From Spirochaetota bacterium (lineage in GTDB: Bacteria > Spirochaetota > UBA4802 > UBA5550), in assembly GCA_045600925.1 (NCBI GenBank), contig JAZRYV010000097.1:1-38640 (forward strand): 38,640 nt of DNA, written 5' to 3'. Position 1 is the first letter of the stretch, and each line of letters opens with the position of its first letter. A model generated the notes under the pieces. The model did not search any database. It was not told the DNA's origin and worked only from the letters and a program-made list of their open reading frames with translations. This document shows, in pieces, positions 28,558 to 38,640 of the stretch. Made by a program: the position numbers and the translations under genes.

Positions 28558-28570
28558 CGTGAACATTCTT

Positions 28571-29038
28571 TTAGAATTTAAAATGTGCAAATGCCTTGTT
28601 GGAATCTGCCATTTTATGAGTATCTTCCTTCTTCTTTATTGATGAACCTGTATTGTTATAGGCATCCATAAGTTCAGCAGCAAGTTTCTCAAACATGGTT
28701 TTCTCTGAACGTGCTCTTGAATATTTGATAATCCACTGAATTCCCAGAGCCTGTCTTCTTTCAGGACGAATTTCAACAGGAACCTGATATGTTGCACCGC
28801 CAACACGTCTTGATTTAACTTCGACAGAAGGCTTTACATTTTCAAGAGCCTGCACGAAAACTTCTATAGGATCCTTGCTTGTCTTCTGAGCAAGAATTCC
28901 CATTGCATCATAAAATATTGTTTCAGATACTCCCTTTTTTCCGTGAAGCATCATACAGTTGACAAATTTTGTCACCAACTTGCTGCCGTATTTAGGATCT
29001 GGCAGAATATCTCTTTTGGCTGGTCTCCTTCTACGCAT
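28571..29038 (-). CDS. rpsG: 30S ribosomal protein uS7
   Basis: 155 aa. [19 protein letters not shown] and [22 protein letters not shown] are S7 signatures. Confidence 0.97.
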   Translation of the reverse strand: MRRRRPAKRDILPDPKYGSKLVTKFVNCMMLHGKKGVSETIFYDAMGILAQKTSKDPIEVFVQALENVKPSVEVKSRRVGGATYQVPVEIRPERRQALGIQWIIKYSRARSEKTMFEKLAAELMDAYNNTGSSIKKKEDTHKMADSNKAFAHFKF

Positions 29039-29075
29039 TCTATTTCCTCGTTTATTTCTTAAATATCAGTATTAA

Positions 29076-29450
29076 TTAAGCTTTAGGCCTTTTTGCACCG
29101 TATTTGGAACGGCTGCCCTTTCTGTCTTCAACACCAAGAGTATCAAGAGCACCACGGATAATATGATATCTTACTCCGGGAAGGTCCTTTACTCTTCCTC
29201 CTCTGATCATAACAGCGGAGTGTTCCTGAAGATTATGGCCTACACCAGGAATATATGCTGTTACTTCTATACCGTTTGTAAGTCTTACTCTGGCAACCTT
29301 TCTCAGAGCTGAGTTAGGTTTTTTAGGAGTAAAAGTCATAACACGGGTACATACTCCTCTTCTCTGCGGGCACTGCTGAAGTGCAGGAGATTTTGATTTT
29401 TTCTGCTTAACATTACGTCCTTTGCGGATCAGCTGATTAATTGTAGGCAT
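29076..29450 (-). CDS. rpsL: 30S ribosomal protein uS12
   Basis: 124 aa. [29 protein letters not shown] and [17 protein letters not shown] are S12 signatures. Confidence 0.98.
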   Translation of the reverse strand: MPTINQLIRKGRNVKQKKSKSPALQQCPQRRGVCTRVMTFTPKKPNSALRKVARVRLTNGIEVTAYIPGVGHNLQEHSAVMIRGGRVKDLPGVRYHIIRGALDTLGVEDRKGSRSKYGAKRPKA

Positions 29451-29560
29451 TGCTTTATATCCTTATTTTAATCTCTTTTTCTATACTGCGAACAGCATCA
29501 GAAGACTTTTCTTTCAGGTATGCTGTTTTCGCCTGTTTTTTTGTCAACTAATTAATTTCT

Positions 29561-29588
29561 CAGACAGAGAACTAGTGTTCTCTGTCTG
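29561..29588 (-). other. 12-bp perfect inverted repeat straddling the rpoC stop codon
   Basis: cagacagagaac/tagt/gttctctgtctg. The TAG stop (complement of 29572-29574) sits at the loop edge. No U-tract follows it on the minus strand. Confidence 0.4.
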
Positions 29589-32500
29589 CTGCAGCCTCTG
29601 CAGAGGCCTTTTCCTGAGTCTGCTGTCCATCGCCCGGTTCTGCAGTGGTGTCATCCTTACGTACCGCTTCCAGGTCACCGGGAACATTCTGATAAACACT
29701 GACTGTATTATAAGCCCTCACTCCTGTTCCGGCAGGAATCAGGTGACCTATAATAACATTTTCCTTAAGACCTCTCAGATGGTCAACTTTACCCTTTATG
29801 GCAGCATCTGTAAGAACCTTGGTTGTTTCCTGGAATGAAGCTGCCGAAACAAAAGATTCCGTGTTAAGAGCTGCTTTTGTTATACCCATAAGGACAGGTG
29901 TTGAAGTTGAAGGCTTTCCACCCTGAGCAAGAACTCTTTCATTTTCTTTCATCCAGTCGAATTTGTCCACGATCTGTTCGATGACGAAATTAGAGTCTCC
30001 CTGCTCAGTAATATGAACCTTCCTGAGCATCTGGCGGACAATGATCTCTATATGCTTATCATTGATTGCAACCCCCTGGAGCCTGTAAACTGCCTGTATT
30101 TCATTAACAAGGAATTTCTCAAGCTCTCTCGGTCCCTTGATTCTGAGTATTTCATGAGGATCAATAGGACCATCATCGATCTTGTCGCCTTTTGCAATAA
30201 AGTCACCGTCCTGAACACGAAGGAACTTGGATACAGGAATAGAGTATTCCTTTTCCGTTCCGTCTTCGCCCTTAACGGTAATCTTTCTCTTGTTCTTTAC
30301 TGTATCTCCTATGGATACGGTACCATCAATAGCTGTTAAAGTAGCAGCATCCTTTGGTGTTCTGGCCTCAAAGAGTTCGGCAACACGGGGAAGACCACCG
30401 GTAATATCCTTTGTCTTTGCAGCACTTCTGGGGATCTTGGCCAGAACAGTACCTGCAGATACGGCTTCTCCGTTCTCAACGGTAAGATGAGCCCCCTTCG
30501 GGAGAAGATACTTGCTGACCTCTCCGTTAGCTCCCTTAATATTGATACTTGGCTGAAGCTTTTCTGTTTTATATTCTACTATGATACGCTTTACATTTTT
30601 AGACTGAGGATCAACTTCCTCTCTGAGACTCTTGTTAAGCTCAATATCGACGAACTCAACAGTACCGTTGATTTCTGTAAGAATAGGTTCGAACCACGGG
30701 TCTGAAGAAATCAGAATCTCTCCTCTGTCATAGAAGCTGTCATTCTTTACTCTGATCTCAGTTCCTACGTTTACAGGGATGGAGTTTTCCTCTCCGAGGA
30801 CATAATATCCTTTTTTGGTTATTTTAAGAATACCTGCCTGAGATGCTGTTGTTTCCCCTGCATCAGTCTTTGCGATTCTGGATCCGGCATAAACCTTTCC
30901 TCCGTCCTCAATCAGGTATTCAATATCACCCTTGATCTTCTTTTCTTCGATTACTCTCTGAACAATCATGTATCCGCGGCGGACAGCAATGATTTTTGTC
31001 TTCTTTTTACCAGCTTCATCAACACCGTCATCAATTTTGATGCGTTTAGATGTTATATCATTTATGTAAACAGGATAATCGAATTTAATATCTGTTTCCT
31101 CAACAGAGCTGCTTGCAATACCACCGATATGGAAAGTTCTCATGGTAAGCTGTGTACCAGGCTGACCAATGGACTGAGCTGCAATTGTACCGACAGCTTC
31201 CCCTATTTCCACAGGTCTCGATGTGGCAAGATTCCTTCCGTAGCATCTTGCACAGACACCATGTCTGGCCTCACATGTAAGAACAGAACGGATCTCTATT
31301 TTATCGATCTTAAGGTCATCAATGATTTTTGCAACCTTTTCATCAATAACATCATCTGCCCTGCAGATAAGCTCGCCTGTTACAGGATGAATGAGATCAT
31401 ACAGCAGAGTTCTTCCGAGAGCACGGCTTCCAAGGGATTCAATGAGATTATCACCGTCCTTGATGGCCTTCAGCTCTATGCCCACAGTAGTTCCGCAGTC
31501 TTCCATCGTAACAACAACATCCTGAGCAATATCAACAAGACGTCTTGTAAGATATCCGGCATTAGCTGTTTTCAGAGCAGTATCTGCAAGTCCCTTACGG
31601 GCTCCGTTTGTTGAAATAAAATATTCAAGAACAGTCAGACCTTCCTTGAAATTTGCACGGATCGGAACTTCGATAATTTCACCGGTTGATTTGGCCATAA
31701 GACCGCGCATTCCTGCAAGCTGCTTTATCTGCTGCTTGCTGCCTCGAGCTCCTGAATCTGCCATGGCATAAATAGGATTATGACCACCCTGGGAAAGCTT
31801 CAGGTTGTCAAACATCCTGTCTGCTATTGTATCGTTGGCTTTATTCCATACATTGAGAACACGGTTGTATCTTTCTTCATTTGTAATGAAACCGTTACGG
31901 TATTCATTTTCAATGTCCTCAACTTCTTTGTTCTTTTCATCAACAATTTCCTTCTTTTCTTTCGGAACTATAATATCGGAAATGGAAATTGTAGGACCAA
32001 ACTGAGTTGCATAGAAATATCCTTTTTCCTTGATGCTGTCAAGCATGCTTACAGCTGTTGTAGGACCATGCTCATACAGAACATCTGCAATGATTTTGGA
32101 AAGCTCCTTGTCACCTACAGGTTTGTTAATAAAAGGATAATTTTCCGGAAGCAGACTGTTGAAAATCAGTCTTCCCGGAGTTGTCTCAATCCATTCTCCG
32201 TCCTTAAGAAAGTGAATCATGGTTCTCAGTTTAACATATCCGTACTGAACATGACGGAGAACATCTTCCTGATCATCAAAATATTTTCCTTCTCCTGCAC
32301 TTCCTTCCAGAAGAGTTGTAAGATAGTAAATACCGAGAACAATATCCTGGCTTGGGGAAACTACAGGGTGCCCGTTTGCAGGAGAAAGCATATTGTTTGT
32401 AGACAGCATCAAAGTCCAGCACTCAAGCTGTGCTCTGGGAGACAGAGGGACATGTACAGCCATCTGGTCACCGTCGAAGTCAGCATTGAAAGCGTGACAT

Positions 32501-33846
32501 ACCAGAGGATGAAGTCTGATGGCTTTCCCTTCCACCAGTATTGGTTCAAAAGCCTGAATTCCGAGTCTGTGAAGAGTAGGAGCACGGTTCAGGAGAACAG
32601 GATGTTCTGCGATAACCTCTTCCAGAACTTCCCATACTTCGTTTCTTTCTGTTTCCACCATTCTTCTGGCAGATTTGATGTTCTGAACATAATCTTTGTC
32701 CACAAGGCGTTTCATTATAAACGGCTTGAACAGCTCGATTGCCATTTTCTTCGGAAGACCGCACTGATGCAGCTTAAGATCAGGACCGACAACAATAACA
32801 GAACGTCCTGAATAGTCGACACGCTTTCCAAGAAGGTTCTGACGGAATCTTCCCTGTTTTCCTTTCAGCATATCACTGAGGGATTTAAGAGGTCTGTTGC
32901 CTTTTCCTTTAACTGCACGCTTTCTTCTGTTATTATCAAAGAGTGCATCCACAGCTTCCTGAAGCATGCGCTTTTCGTTTCTGACAATGATTTCAGGAGC
33001 ACGGAGCTGAAGGAGTCTTCTGAGACGGTTGTTTCTGTTTATAACCCGGCGGTAAAGATCATTAAGGTCAGATGTGGCAAAACGGCCGCCGTCCAGCTGA
33101 ACCATAGGTCTGAGTTCAGGAGGAATAACAGGAATAACATCAAGAATCATCCATTCAGGCTTATTGCCTGATTCCTTAAAGGACTCAAGAAGCTCAAGAC
33201 GCTTTATGAGCTTCTTGTCAATCTTTACATCTTTGGCTGATTTGCTGAGTATTTCATGTCTTATGTTTCTGGCTTCTTCATCAAGATTAATGTCTGCAAG
33301 AAGTTCCTTTATGGCTGCAGCACCCATTGCTGCACGGAAGGTATCCCCGTATTTTTCATAAAGCTCATAGTATCTTTCTTCATCAAGGACGTCACACTTC
33401 TTAACGTCTTCCTCTTCTGCTTCCCCCGGATCCAGAACTATAAATTTTTCATAGTAAAGAACCGCCTTAAGATTTGTAACAGTAATATCAAGAAGAAGAC
33501 CCATTCTTGAAGGAACTGATCTGTAATACCATATATGTGCAACAGGAGTAGCCAGTTCAATATGACCGCCCCTTTCACGTCTGACTTTATAATGTGTTAC
33601 CTCAACTCCGCAGCGGTCGCAGACAACACCTTTGTACCTGATGGATTTAAACTTGCCGCAGTAACACTCCCATTCTTTTGTGGTACCGAAAATTTTCTCA
33701 CAGAAAAGACCGTCTCTTTCCGGCTTGAGAGTTCTGTAGTTTATTGTTTCAGGCTTCTTTACTTCACCATGAGACCATGTATCTCTGATAAGATCCGGAG
33801 AAGCCAGCTTTATCTGCATTGAGCTGAAATCGTTAAAGTCTCTCAT
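29572..33846 (-). CDS. rpoC: DNA-directed RNA polymerase beta' subunit
   Basis: 1424 aa. The N-terminal zinc site is [23 protein letters not shown] and the catalytic motif is [12 protein letters not shown]. Trigger-loop and bridge-helix regions are present. Confidence 0.98.
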   Translation of the reverse strand: MRDFNDFSSMQIKLASPDLIRDTWSHGEVKKPETINYRTLKPERDGLFCEKIFGTTKEWECYCGKFKSIRYKGVVCDRCGVEVTHYKVRRERGGHIELATPVAHIWYYRSVPSRMGLLLDITVTNLKAVLYYEKFIVLDPGEAEEEDVKKCDVLDEERYYELYEKYGDTFRAAMGAAAIKELLADINLDEEARNIRHEILSKSAKDVKIDKKLIKRLELLESFKESGNKPEWMILDVIPVIPPELRPMVQLDGGRFATSDLNDLYRRVINRNNRLRRLLQLRAPEIIVRNEKRMLQEAVDALFDNNRRKRAVKGKGNRPLKSLSDMLKGKQGRFRQNLLGKRVDYSGRSVIVVGPDLKLHQCGLPKKMAIELFKPFIMKRLVDKDYVQNIKSARRMVETERNEVWEVLEEVIAEHPVLLNRAPTLHRLGIQAFEPILVEGKAIRLHPLVCHAFNADFDGDQMAVHVPLSPRAQLECWTLMLSTNNMLSPANGHPVVSPSQDIVLGIYYLTTLLEGSAGEGKYFDDQEDVLRHVQYGYVKLRTMIHFLKDGEWIETTPGRLIFNSLLPENYPFINKPVGDKELSKIIADVLYEHGPTTAVSMLDSIKEKGYFYATQFGPTISISDIIVPKEKKEIVDEKNKEVEDIENEYRNGFITNEERYNRVLNVWNKANDTIADRMFDNLKLSQGGHNPIYAMADSGARGSKQQIKQLAGMRGLMAKSTGEIIEVPIRANFKEGLTVLEYFISTNGARKGLADTALKTANAGYLTRRLVDIAQDVVVTMEDCGTTVGIELKAIKDGDNLIESLGSRALGRTLLYDLIHPVTGELICRADDVIDEKVAKIIDDLKIDKIEIRSVLTCEARHGVCARCYGRNLATSRPVEIGEAVGTIAAQSIGQPGTQLTMRTFHIGGIASSSVEETDIKFDYPVYINDITSKRIKIDDGVDEAGKKKTKIIAVRRGYMIVQRVIEEKKIKGDIEYLIEDGGKVYAGSRIAKTDAGETTASQAGILKITKKGYYVLGEENSIPVNVGTEIRVKNDSFYDRGEILISSDPWFEPILTEINGTVEFVDIELNKSLREEVDPQSKNVKRIIVEYKTEKLQPSINIKGANGEVSKYLLPKGAHLTVENGEAVSAGTVLAKIPRSAAKTKDITGGLPRVAELFEARTPKDAATLTAIDGTVSIGDTVKNKRKITVKGEDGTEKEYSIPVSKFLRVQDGDFIAKGDKIDDGPIDPHEILRIKGPRELEKFLVNEIQAVYRLQGVAINDKHIEIIVRQMLRKVHITEQGDSNFVIEQIVDKFDWMKENERVLAQGGKPSTSTPVLMGITKAALNTESFVSAASFQETTKVLTDAAIKGKVDHLRGLKENVIIGHLIPAGTGVRAYNTVSVYQNVPGDLEAVRKDDTTAEPGDGQQTQEKASAEAAADREH

Positions 33847-33886
33847 ATTTATCCCTTTAACCTTAGTTAATGATTTTATTGCTCTC

Positions 33887-33905
33887 CGGGGTCATAAAGA
33901 CCCCG
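33887..33905 (-). promoter_or_regulatory. Short GC stem-loop in the rpoB-rpoC spacer
   Basis: cggggtc/ataaa/gaccccg forms a 7-bp stem. It lies 4 nt after the rpoB stop on the minus strand with no U-tract. It may be a processing or stability element. Confidence 0.3.
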
Positions 33906-33909
33906 CCTT

Positions 33910-36900
33910 TTAATCATTCAGAAGCGTATCGAGCTTCATTTTTTCTTTAGTGGGCTTTGAAAAATCATCGCTCCATTCTGCAAGACTTATTTCCTTTTCA
34001 TTCTTATCGAAAACACGAACATCCAGTGCAAGACCTCTCAGTTCCTGAATAAGAACATTGAAAGATTCCGGTATTCCGGGAGATGTACTGTTGATTCCTT
34101 TTACTATGGCTTCATAAATTCTTGAACGTCCTGCCATATCATCAGACTTAACAGTAAGGAGTTCCTGCAGAGTATAGGCAGCACCATATGCTTCCAGTGC
34201 CCATACTTCCATTTCTCCCAGACGCTGACCTCCGAACTGAGCCTTTCCTCCGAGAGGCTGCTGAGTAACAAGAGAATAAGGACCGGTTGAACGGGCATGC
34301 ATCTTGTCATCAACCATGTGAGCAAGTTTGAGCATATATACACATCCCACCATAACCTTGTCTTCAAATGGCTCTCCTGTACGTCCGTCATACAGCACAG
34401 TCTTGGAATCCTCCGGAAGTCCGGCATCTTTCAGCAGACCTCTTATATCATCTTCCTGGGCTCCGTCAAAAATAGGAGTCTCCATGAAAATTCTTGTATT
34501 ATTCTGAAGTCCCAGTTCCTTTGCAGCCCATCCAAGTTCTGTTTCCAGAAGCTGACCGATGTTCATTCGGGACGGAATACCAAGAGGATTGAGTACAATG
34601 TCAACCGGTGTGCCGTCAGGCAGATAGGGCATATCATACTCAGGAAGTACTCTGGAAATAACCCCCTTGTTTCCGTGACGTCCAGACATCTTATCGCCGA
34701 CCTGAATCTTTCTCTTGTCTGCTATGTATACTTTTACCAGCTCTTCAACCCCGGGAGCAAGCTCATCTCCGTTTGCTCTGGTAAATTTCTTAACGTCAAT
34801 TACGATACCTTCAACTCCGTTGGGAACTTTAAGAGAAGTATCACGAACATCCCTGGCTTTTTCACCGAAAATTGAGTGGAGAAGCTTGTATTCAGGAGTA
34901 AGTTCCTGCTCTCCTTTCGGTGTAACCTTTCCGACAAGAATATCTCCCGGTTCAACATAGGCGCCTATACGGACAATACCTTCTTCGTCCAGATCACGGA
35001 AAGCCTTTTCACCAATATTCGGAATATCTCTTGTAATGGATTCTGTTCCCAGCTTGGTTTCCCTTGCTTCAATCTGGAAATTTTCAATATGAATGGATGT
35101 GAATACATCGTTTGCCACCAGCTTTTCTGAAAGCAGAATAGCATCCTCAAAGTTATATCCCATCCAGGGCATAAAGGCAACAATAATGTTTTTACCGAGA
35201 GCGAGACGTCCGTGTTCAGTTGCAGGACCGTCTGCTATAACATCACCGGCCTTGATTTTCTTTCCTTCTGTTACAACAGGTTTCTGGTTAAAACAGGTAC
35301 CCTGGTTTGAACGTTTGTACTTCTGAAGATCATACTCATCTTCTTCCCCGTTGTTTGCACGTACGACGACCTTTGCGGCATCAGCATAAATAACTTCCCC
35401 GCCTCTGTCAGCCTTAATGAGAACTCCGGAGTCATATGCTGCATGAGGTTCCATTCCGGTACCTACAAGAGGAGCCTCCTCAACCATCAGAGGAACCGCC
35501 TGACGCTGCATGTTGGATCCCATGAGGGCACGGTTGGCGTCATCATGCTCCAGGAAAGGAATAAGACCTGTGGAAACAGAGAAAACCTGATTAGGAGAAA
35601 CGTCCATATACTGGATTTCCTTTGGTCTCTTGTACGGGAAGTTTCCTCTGTTTCTGCATGGGATAAGATTTCCCTTAAAACTTCCGTCTTCGTTGGTTTC
35701 TGCATTGGCCTGAGCTATGAAGTACTTGTCCTCTATATCTGCAGTCAGATAGTCAACCTTGTCTGTAACCTTCCCTTTTTCAACAACCTTGTACGGAGTC
35801 TCCATAAAACCGTATTTGTTGATCTTTGAATATGCACTGAGAGAAACTATAAGACCGATATTCGGACCTTCAGGAGTTTCAATAGGACACATTCTGCCGT
35901 AATGTGACGGATGAACGTCACGGACATCAGCCCCTGCTCTGTCTCTTGAAAGACCACCTGGTCCGAGTGCATTCAGACGTCTCTTGTGTGTCAGTTCAGC
36001 AAGAGGATTTGTCTGATCCATAAACTGTGACAGCTGGCTGGATCCGAAAAATTCATTGAGAACAGCAGTAATTGGTTTAATGCTGATGAGTGACTGAGGT
36101 GTAATACCGGAAAGGTCCGGTGATGCCTGCTGCATTCTCTCTTTGATAACTCTTTCCATACGCTGGAAGCCTGTCTTAATCTGATTCATAATCAGTTCAC
36201 CGACAGAACGGACACGTCTGTTTCCAAGATGGTCGATATCATCAACTATTGTAAGAACTTTGCTCTTTTTCTTTTCTCCTGTTACAGGATCTGTAATTTC
36301 AACAGGATAGCTGTCTGCCTCTGCAATAAGGTACAGCATATATTTAATAGATGAAATAATATCATCATTTGTAAGAGTCTGTACTTCTGTATTAAAACCG
36401 AATTTGTTGTTGATCTTGTATCTTCCCACAGCTCCGAGAGCATAGCTCTTTGGACTGAAGAACATTCTGCTCCATTCATTCCTTGCATTATCAAGGGTTG
36501 TAGGTTCACCAGGCCTTACAACAGAATGTATTGCAAGAAGAGCAAGGTCTGAAGGTGAAAGTCTGCTGAAATCCTCATCACTGATGAGAAGTTTTTTTCT
36601 TTCAAATTCCTTTTCATAGGCAATTGTGTTGGCAAAGAAAGCATCATCTTTGCTGTTAGGGAATTCAATAAGACTTACTTTCTTTACAGAAGCTTCTCTC
36701 AGCTGGTCTATTGTATCGGTATTGATACGATCTCCTACCTCACAGATTATTTCGCCTGTTTCAGAGCTTATGACATCAGAAGCAAAACGTCTGCCGTTCA
36801 GGGCCTTGTAGTCTTCTTCTGATTTAAGGTCATAATCCTTTACTTCATAGAAAAGCCTGGCCAGTTCTTCGTTCTTTTCATAGCCCATTGCCCTTACAAG

Positions 36901-37542
36901 AAGGGTAACCGGGAATTTGGATTTTCTGTCTATTCTGGCTACAATATGCCCCTTGGCATCCATTTCAAATTCAAGCCAGGATCCCTTATCCGGGATAATA
37001 CGTGAATTATAAAGACGCTCTTCCTTGTCAAAAAAGAAGAAAATTCCGGGAGATCTGTGCAGCTGGTTTACAACAACCCTCTCTGCTCCGTTTATAATAA
37101 ATGTTCCGCGACGGGTCATGAGAGGAATATCTCCCATATAAACCTGCTGTTCACGGACTTCCATTGTTTCCTTGGTAATAAGTCTGATAGTTGCTTTTAA
37201 AGGTGCAGCATAGGAAACATCACGATCCTTGCATTCATTTTCAGAATATTTAGGATCGCCTATTTCATATTCAATAAATTCAAGAACCACATCTTCATGG
37301 GGACTTTCAATAGGAAAAATTTCTTTGAAAACAGCCTGAAGCCCCTGATCTGCCCTTTTGGAAACTTTATCCTGAAGGAACCAGTCAAAAGATTTAATCT
37401 GAACCTCAATAAGATCAGGCAGCCACTCTTCTGACTGTATCTTTCCGAAATTTTTAACTAAACTCCCGTCAGACCAGACTTTGACGCCGTTTCCTGAATC
37501 AAATTTGCCGGAATTCTTGGTTTTGTTCTCTTGCACTTGCAT
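33910..37542 (-). CDS. rpoB: DNA-directed RNA polymerase beta subunit
   Basis: 1210 aa. Diagnostic motifs are [28 protein letters not shown] and [37 protein letters not shown]. About 25 aa of N-terminal lead precede the conserved [13 protein letters not shown] region. Confidence 0.98.
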   Translation of the reverse strand: MQVQENKTKNSGKFDSGNGVKVWSDGSLVKNFGKIQSEEWLPDLIEVQIKSFDWFLQDKVSKRADQGLQAVFKEIFPIESPHEDVVLEFIEYEIGDPKYSENECKDRDVSYAAPLKATIRLITKETMEVREQQVYMGDIPLMTRRGTFIINGAERVVVNQLHRSPGIFFFFDKEERLYNSRIIPDKGSWLEFEMDAKGHIVARIDRKSKFPVTLLVRAMGYEKNEELARLFYEVKDYDLKSEEDYKALNGRRFASDVISSETGEIICEVGDRINTDTIDQLREASVKKVSLIEFPNSKDDAFFANTIAYEKEFERKKLLISDEDFSRLSPSDLALLAIHSVVRPGEPTTLDNARNEWSRMFFSPKSYALGAVGRYKINNKFGFNTEVQTLTNDDIISSIKYMLYLIAEADSYPVEITDPVTGEKKKSKVLTIVDDIDHLGNRRVRSVGELIMNQIKTGFQRMERVIKERMQQASPDLSGITPQSLISIKPITAVLNEFFGSSQLSQFMDQTNPLAELTHKRRLNALGPGGLSRDRAGADVRDVHPSHYGRMCPIETPEGPNIGLIVSLSAYSKINKYGFMETPYKVVEKGKVTDKVDYLTADIEDKYFIAQANAETNEDGSFKGNLIPCRNRGNFPYKRPKEIQYMDVSPNQVFSVSTGLIPFLEHDDANRALMGSNMQRQAVPLMVEEAPLVGTGMEPHAAYDSGVLIKADRGGEVIYADAAKVVVRANNGEEDEYDLQKYKRSNQGTCFNQKPVVTEGKKIKAGDVIADGPATEHGRLALGKNIIVAFMPWMGYNFEDAILLSEKLVANDVFTSIHIENFQIEARETKLGTESITRDIPNIGEKAFRDLDEEGIVRIGAYVEPGDILVGKVTPKGEQELTPEYKLLHSIFGEKARDVRDTSLKVPNGVEGIVIDVKKFTRANGDELAPGVEELVKVYIADKRKIQVGDKMSGRHGNKGVISRVLPEYDMPYLPDGTPVDIVLNPLGIPSRMNIGQLLETELGWAAKELGLQNNTRIFMETPIFDGAQEDDIRGLLKDAGLPEDSKTVLYDGRTGEPFEDKVMVGCVYMLKLAHMVDDKMHARSTGPYSLVTQQPLGGKAQFGGQRLGEMEVWALEAYGAAYTLQELLTVKSDDMAGRSRIYEAIVKGINSTSPGIPESFNVLIQELRGLALDVRVFDKNEKEISLAEWSDDFSKPTKEKMKLDTLLND

Positions 37543-37735
37543 GAATAATAACCTTAAAGTGATTTTTTACAGGGATATGGATATAATAGTGAAATATACA
37601 CAGAAGGATGGTGTCCTTCATGCATCATCTTTTTACAAAACAACAAGGTATAAGTATAAGTGCTGATATTTTGTTTCAATATTATTATTGTATGAGACAA
37701 TTAAAAAGGTTAACGACAAAAACTGCATAAACACA

Positions 37736-37779
37736 AAAATCAATAGTTCCGGGCAGTCCTGACCGGAACTATTGATTTT
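37736..37779 (-). terminator. Intrinsic terminator or attenuator between rplL and rpoB
   Basis: aaaatcaatagttccgg/gcagtcctga/ccggaactattgatttt forms a 17-bp perfect stem. On the minus strand it is followed by UUUUUGUGUUU. It starts 37 nt after the rplL stop and leaves about 190 nt of A/T-rich leader before rpoB. Confidence 0.7.
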
Positions 37780-37815
37780 CTTTATTAAAACTGATGACAG
37801 TGCAGAAGAGGGTAA

Positions 37816-38199
37816 TTACTTAACCTCAACAGTTGCACCTGCATCTTCAAGCTGCTTTTTGATTGCTGCAGCTTCTTCTTTGGAAACTTTTTCCTTAACA
37901 GCTTTGTTTCCAGCTTCAACAAGTTCTTTGGCTTCCTTAAGTCCAAGACCTGTAATTGCACGAACTTCCTTAATAACACCGACTTTGGCATCGCCAAAAC
38001 CTGTAAGGATAACATCAAATTCTGTCTGTTCGTCTTCAGCTGATGCTGCTCCGCCTGCTGCAGGGGCTGCTGCTACTGCTACAGGTGCTGCTGCGGAAAT
38101 ACCGAATTTGTCTTCCATTGCTTTTACAAGGTCAGCTGCTTCAACAAGTGTAAGGCTGCCTATTGCTTCGAGAAGTTCTTCTACTGAGAGTTTTGCCAT
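37816..38199 (-). CDS. rplL: 50S ribosomal protein bL12 (L7/L12)
   Basis: 127 aa. It has the Ala/Pro hinge [16 protein letters not shown] and the C-terminal domain [14 protein letters not shown]...[20 protein letters not shown]. An AAGGAG SD is present. Confidence 0.97.
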   Translation of the reverse strand: MAKLSVEELLEAIGSLTLVEAADLVKAMEDKFGISAAAPVAVAAAPAAGGAASAEDEQTEFDVILTGFGDAKVGVIKEVRAITGLGLKEAKELVEAGNKAVKEKVSKEEAAAIKKQLEDAGATVEVK

Positions 38200-38355
38200 T
38201 TTAATACTCCTTTATACTTAGTGAATTTCTTCAAGTTAATACAGACCTGCTGTAAAAACCTATAAAGGGAAAAGTCATTCATCTGAAAAAAGCACCTCTG
38301 CTTTCTTTGAAGATGAAAGCCTATATACCCTTATTTTCTTTTTTATATAAAAAAA

Positions 38356-38640
38356 CTATGCGTTTTTTTCTGCAACTGCTTTGATGCCACGTGCAAGAGA
38401 AGCCATGATCTGGTTCATTCCCATTGCAATTCCGGAAGCCGGACCGTTGATAAGAGACATTGACTGAGCAAGAAGAACTTCCTTTGAAGGAAGATCTGCA
38501 ATTCTCTTAACCTGTTCATTTGTATAAAGAACAGAATCAAGTACGGCTACAGAGTAGCTGAATTTTTCCTGTGCTTCTTTAAATTCCTTTAAAGCCTTGG
38601 CTGTTTCTGCAATTTTGTCGGAAACAAAAGCAACAGCAAC
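38356..38640 (-). CDS. rplJ: 50S ribosomal protein uL10, C-terminal 94 codons (5' end lies beyond the right edge)
   Basis: Not in the ORF track because the window contains no start codon. Hand translation, in frame from 38640, gives VAVAFVSDKIAETAKALKEFKEAQEKFSYSVAVLDSVLYTNEQVKRIADLPSKEVLLAQSMSLINGPASGIAMGMNQIMASLARGIKAVAEKNA, ending at TAG (complement of 38356-38358). The pattern and the position upstream of rplL fit L10. Confidence 0.85.
   Translation of the reverse strand, partial: VAVAFVSDKIAETAKALKEFKEAQEKFSYSVAVLDSVLYTNEQVKRIADLPSKEVLLAQSMSLINGPASGIAMGMNQIMASLARGIKAVAEKNA

Noticed and set aside
28369-28581. A 70-aa plus-strand ORF crossing the fusA-rpsG spacer. Similar cases are 25993-26226 and 37481-37666 in the other long spacers.
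   Set aside because: Each starts inside a conserved gene on the opposite strand and merely runs through the spacer, with no SD and no motifs. I treat the spacers as regulatory RNA regions instead.
29451-29571. Possible str-operon promoter: TTGACA at 29547-29542 on the minus strand, and an imperfect inverted repeat gcgaacagcat...atgctgttttcgc.
   Set aside because: No acceptable -10 hexamer lies 16-18 nt downstream of the TTGACA (AGCATA at best). The inverted repeat is imperfect and has no U-tract. This is not enough to support a feature call.
31780-32811. A 343-aa plus-strand ORF antisense to rpoC. Similar long antisense ORFs occur at 24849-25406 (antisense to tuf), 8445-9107 and 10317-10841 (antisense to leuS) and 34297-34875 (antisense to rpoB).
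   Set aside because: Each lies entirely inside a highly conserved, confidently called gene on the other strand. The translations are low-complexity and rich in Cys, Phe, Asn and Ser, with no recognisable motifs and no SD. These are typical shadow ORFs produced by the codon bias of the real gene.
38200-38355. A 156-nt rplJ-rplL spacer with a small hairpin (AAAGCA-gagg-UGCUUUUUU on the minus strand, about 38288-38305).
   Set aside because: The stem is only 6 bp and A/U-rich. A terminator between rplJ and rplL would contradict the need for high L12 output. I treat it as chance or at most a weak structure.
1-38640. A compositional contrast. Sampled 60-nt stretches of small ribosomal protein genes look clearly more A/T-rich (about one third G+C) than stretches from htrA, the fibre gene or rpoC (about one half G+C). 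I considered this as possible evidence that the left region was horizontally acquired.
   Set aside because: rpoC, a core gene, matches the accessory genes rather than the ribosomal protein genes. The contrast therefore tracks gene class (Lys-rich, AAA-rich, highly expressed small proteins), not origin. Only a handful of 60-nt samples were counted by hand, so this is not a proper analysis.
10773-38640. A search for tRNA or rRNA genes, transposases, integrases, toxin-antitoxin pairs or defence genes within or flanking the supercluster.
   Set aside because: Every gap larger than 40 nt was read on both strands. All are A/T-rich leaders or hairpins with no cloverleaf-like GC-rich segments and no unassigned ORFs with an SD. 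Nothing supports such features.

Overview
This is a 38.6-kb chromosomal window, probably from a Treponema-like spirochaete. That call rests on my memory of the RpoC/RpoB N-terminal sequence style and the lipoprotein signals, and it is unverified. From about 10.9 kb to the right edge there is one uninterrupted minus-strand supercluster of 37 genes: rplJ(partial)-rplL-rpoB-rpoC-rpsL-rpsG-fusA-tuf, then the S10 block (rpsJ to rpsQ), the spc block (rplN to secY), infA-rpmJ and the alpha block (rpsM-rpsK-rpsD-rpoA-rplQ). rpmJ is missing from the ORF track and was found by hand. Several track ORFs are over-extended at alternative start codons and were trimmed (rpoA, rplX, rpmD, htrA, the lipoprotein). 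Stem-loops sit in the few sizeable gaps: rplL/rpoB, rpsG/fusA, tuf/rpsJ, rpsD/rpoA and rplQ/leuS. leuS converges on the cluster from the plus strand and lies 5 nt after an orphan PTS EIIA-like gene. The left 8 kb is the only accessory-looking part. It holds a trxA / small membrane protein / lipoprotein HtrA / small membrane protein operon, a secreted protein of unknown family, an EamA-type transporter, and a lipoprotein gene followed by a 1068-aa fibre-like ORF. That ORF has two N-terminal discoidin-like domains, 15 exact 32-aa (96-bp) tail-fibre-like repeats and a Gly-rich C-terminal knob. It has no signal peptide and no phage genes around it, and it is the most unusual object in the window. 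I saw no rRNA or tRNA genes, CRISPR arrays, transposases or integrases. Secondary curiosities are a four-cysteine zinc-ribbon-like C-terminus in uL24, a C-terminally extended bL36 and an 8-aa insertion in uL14.
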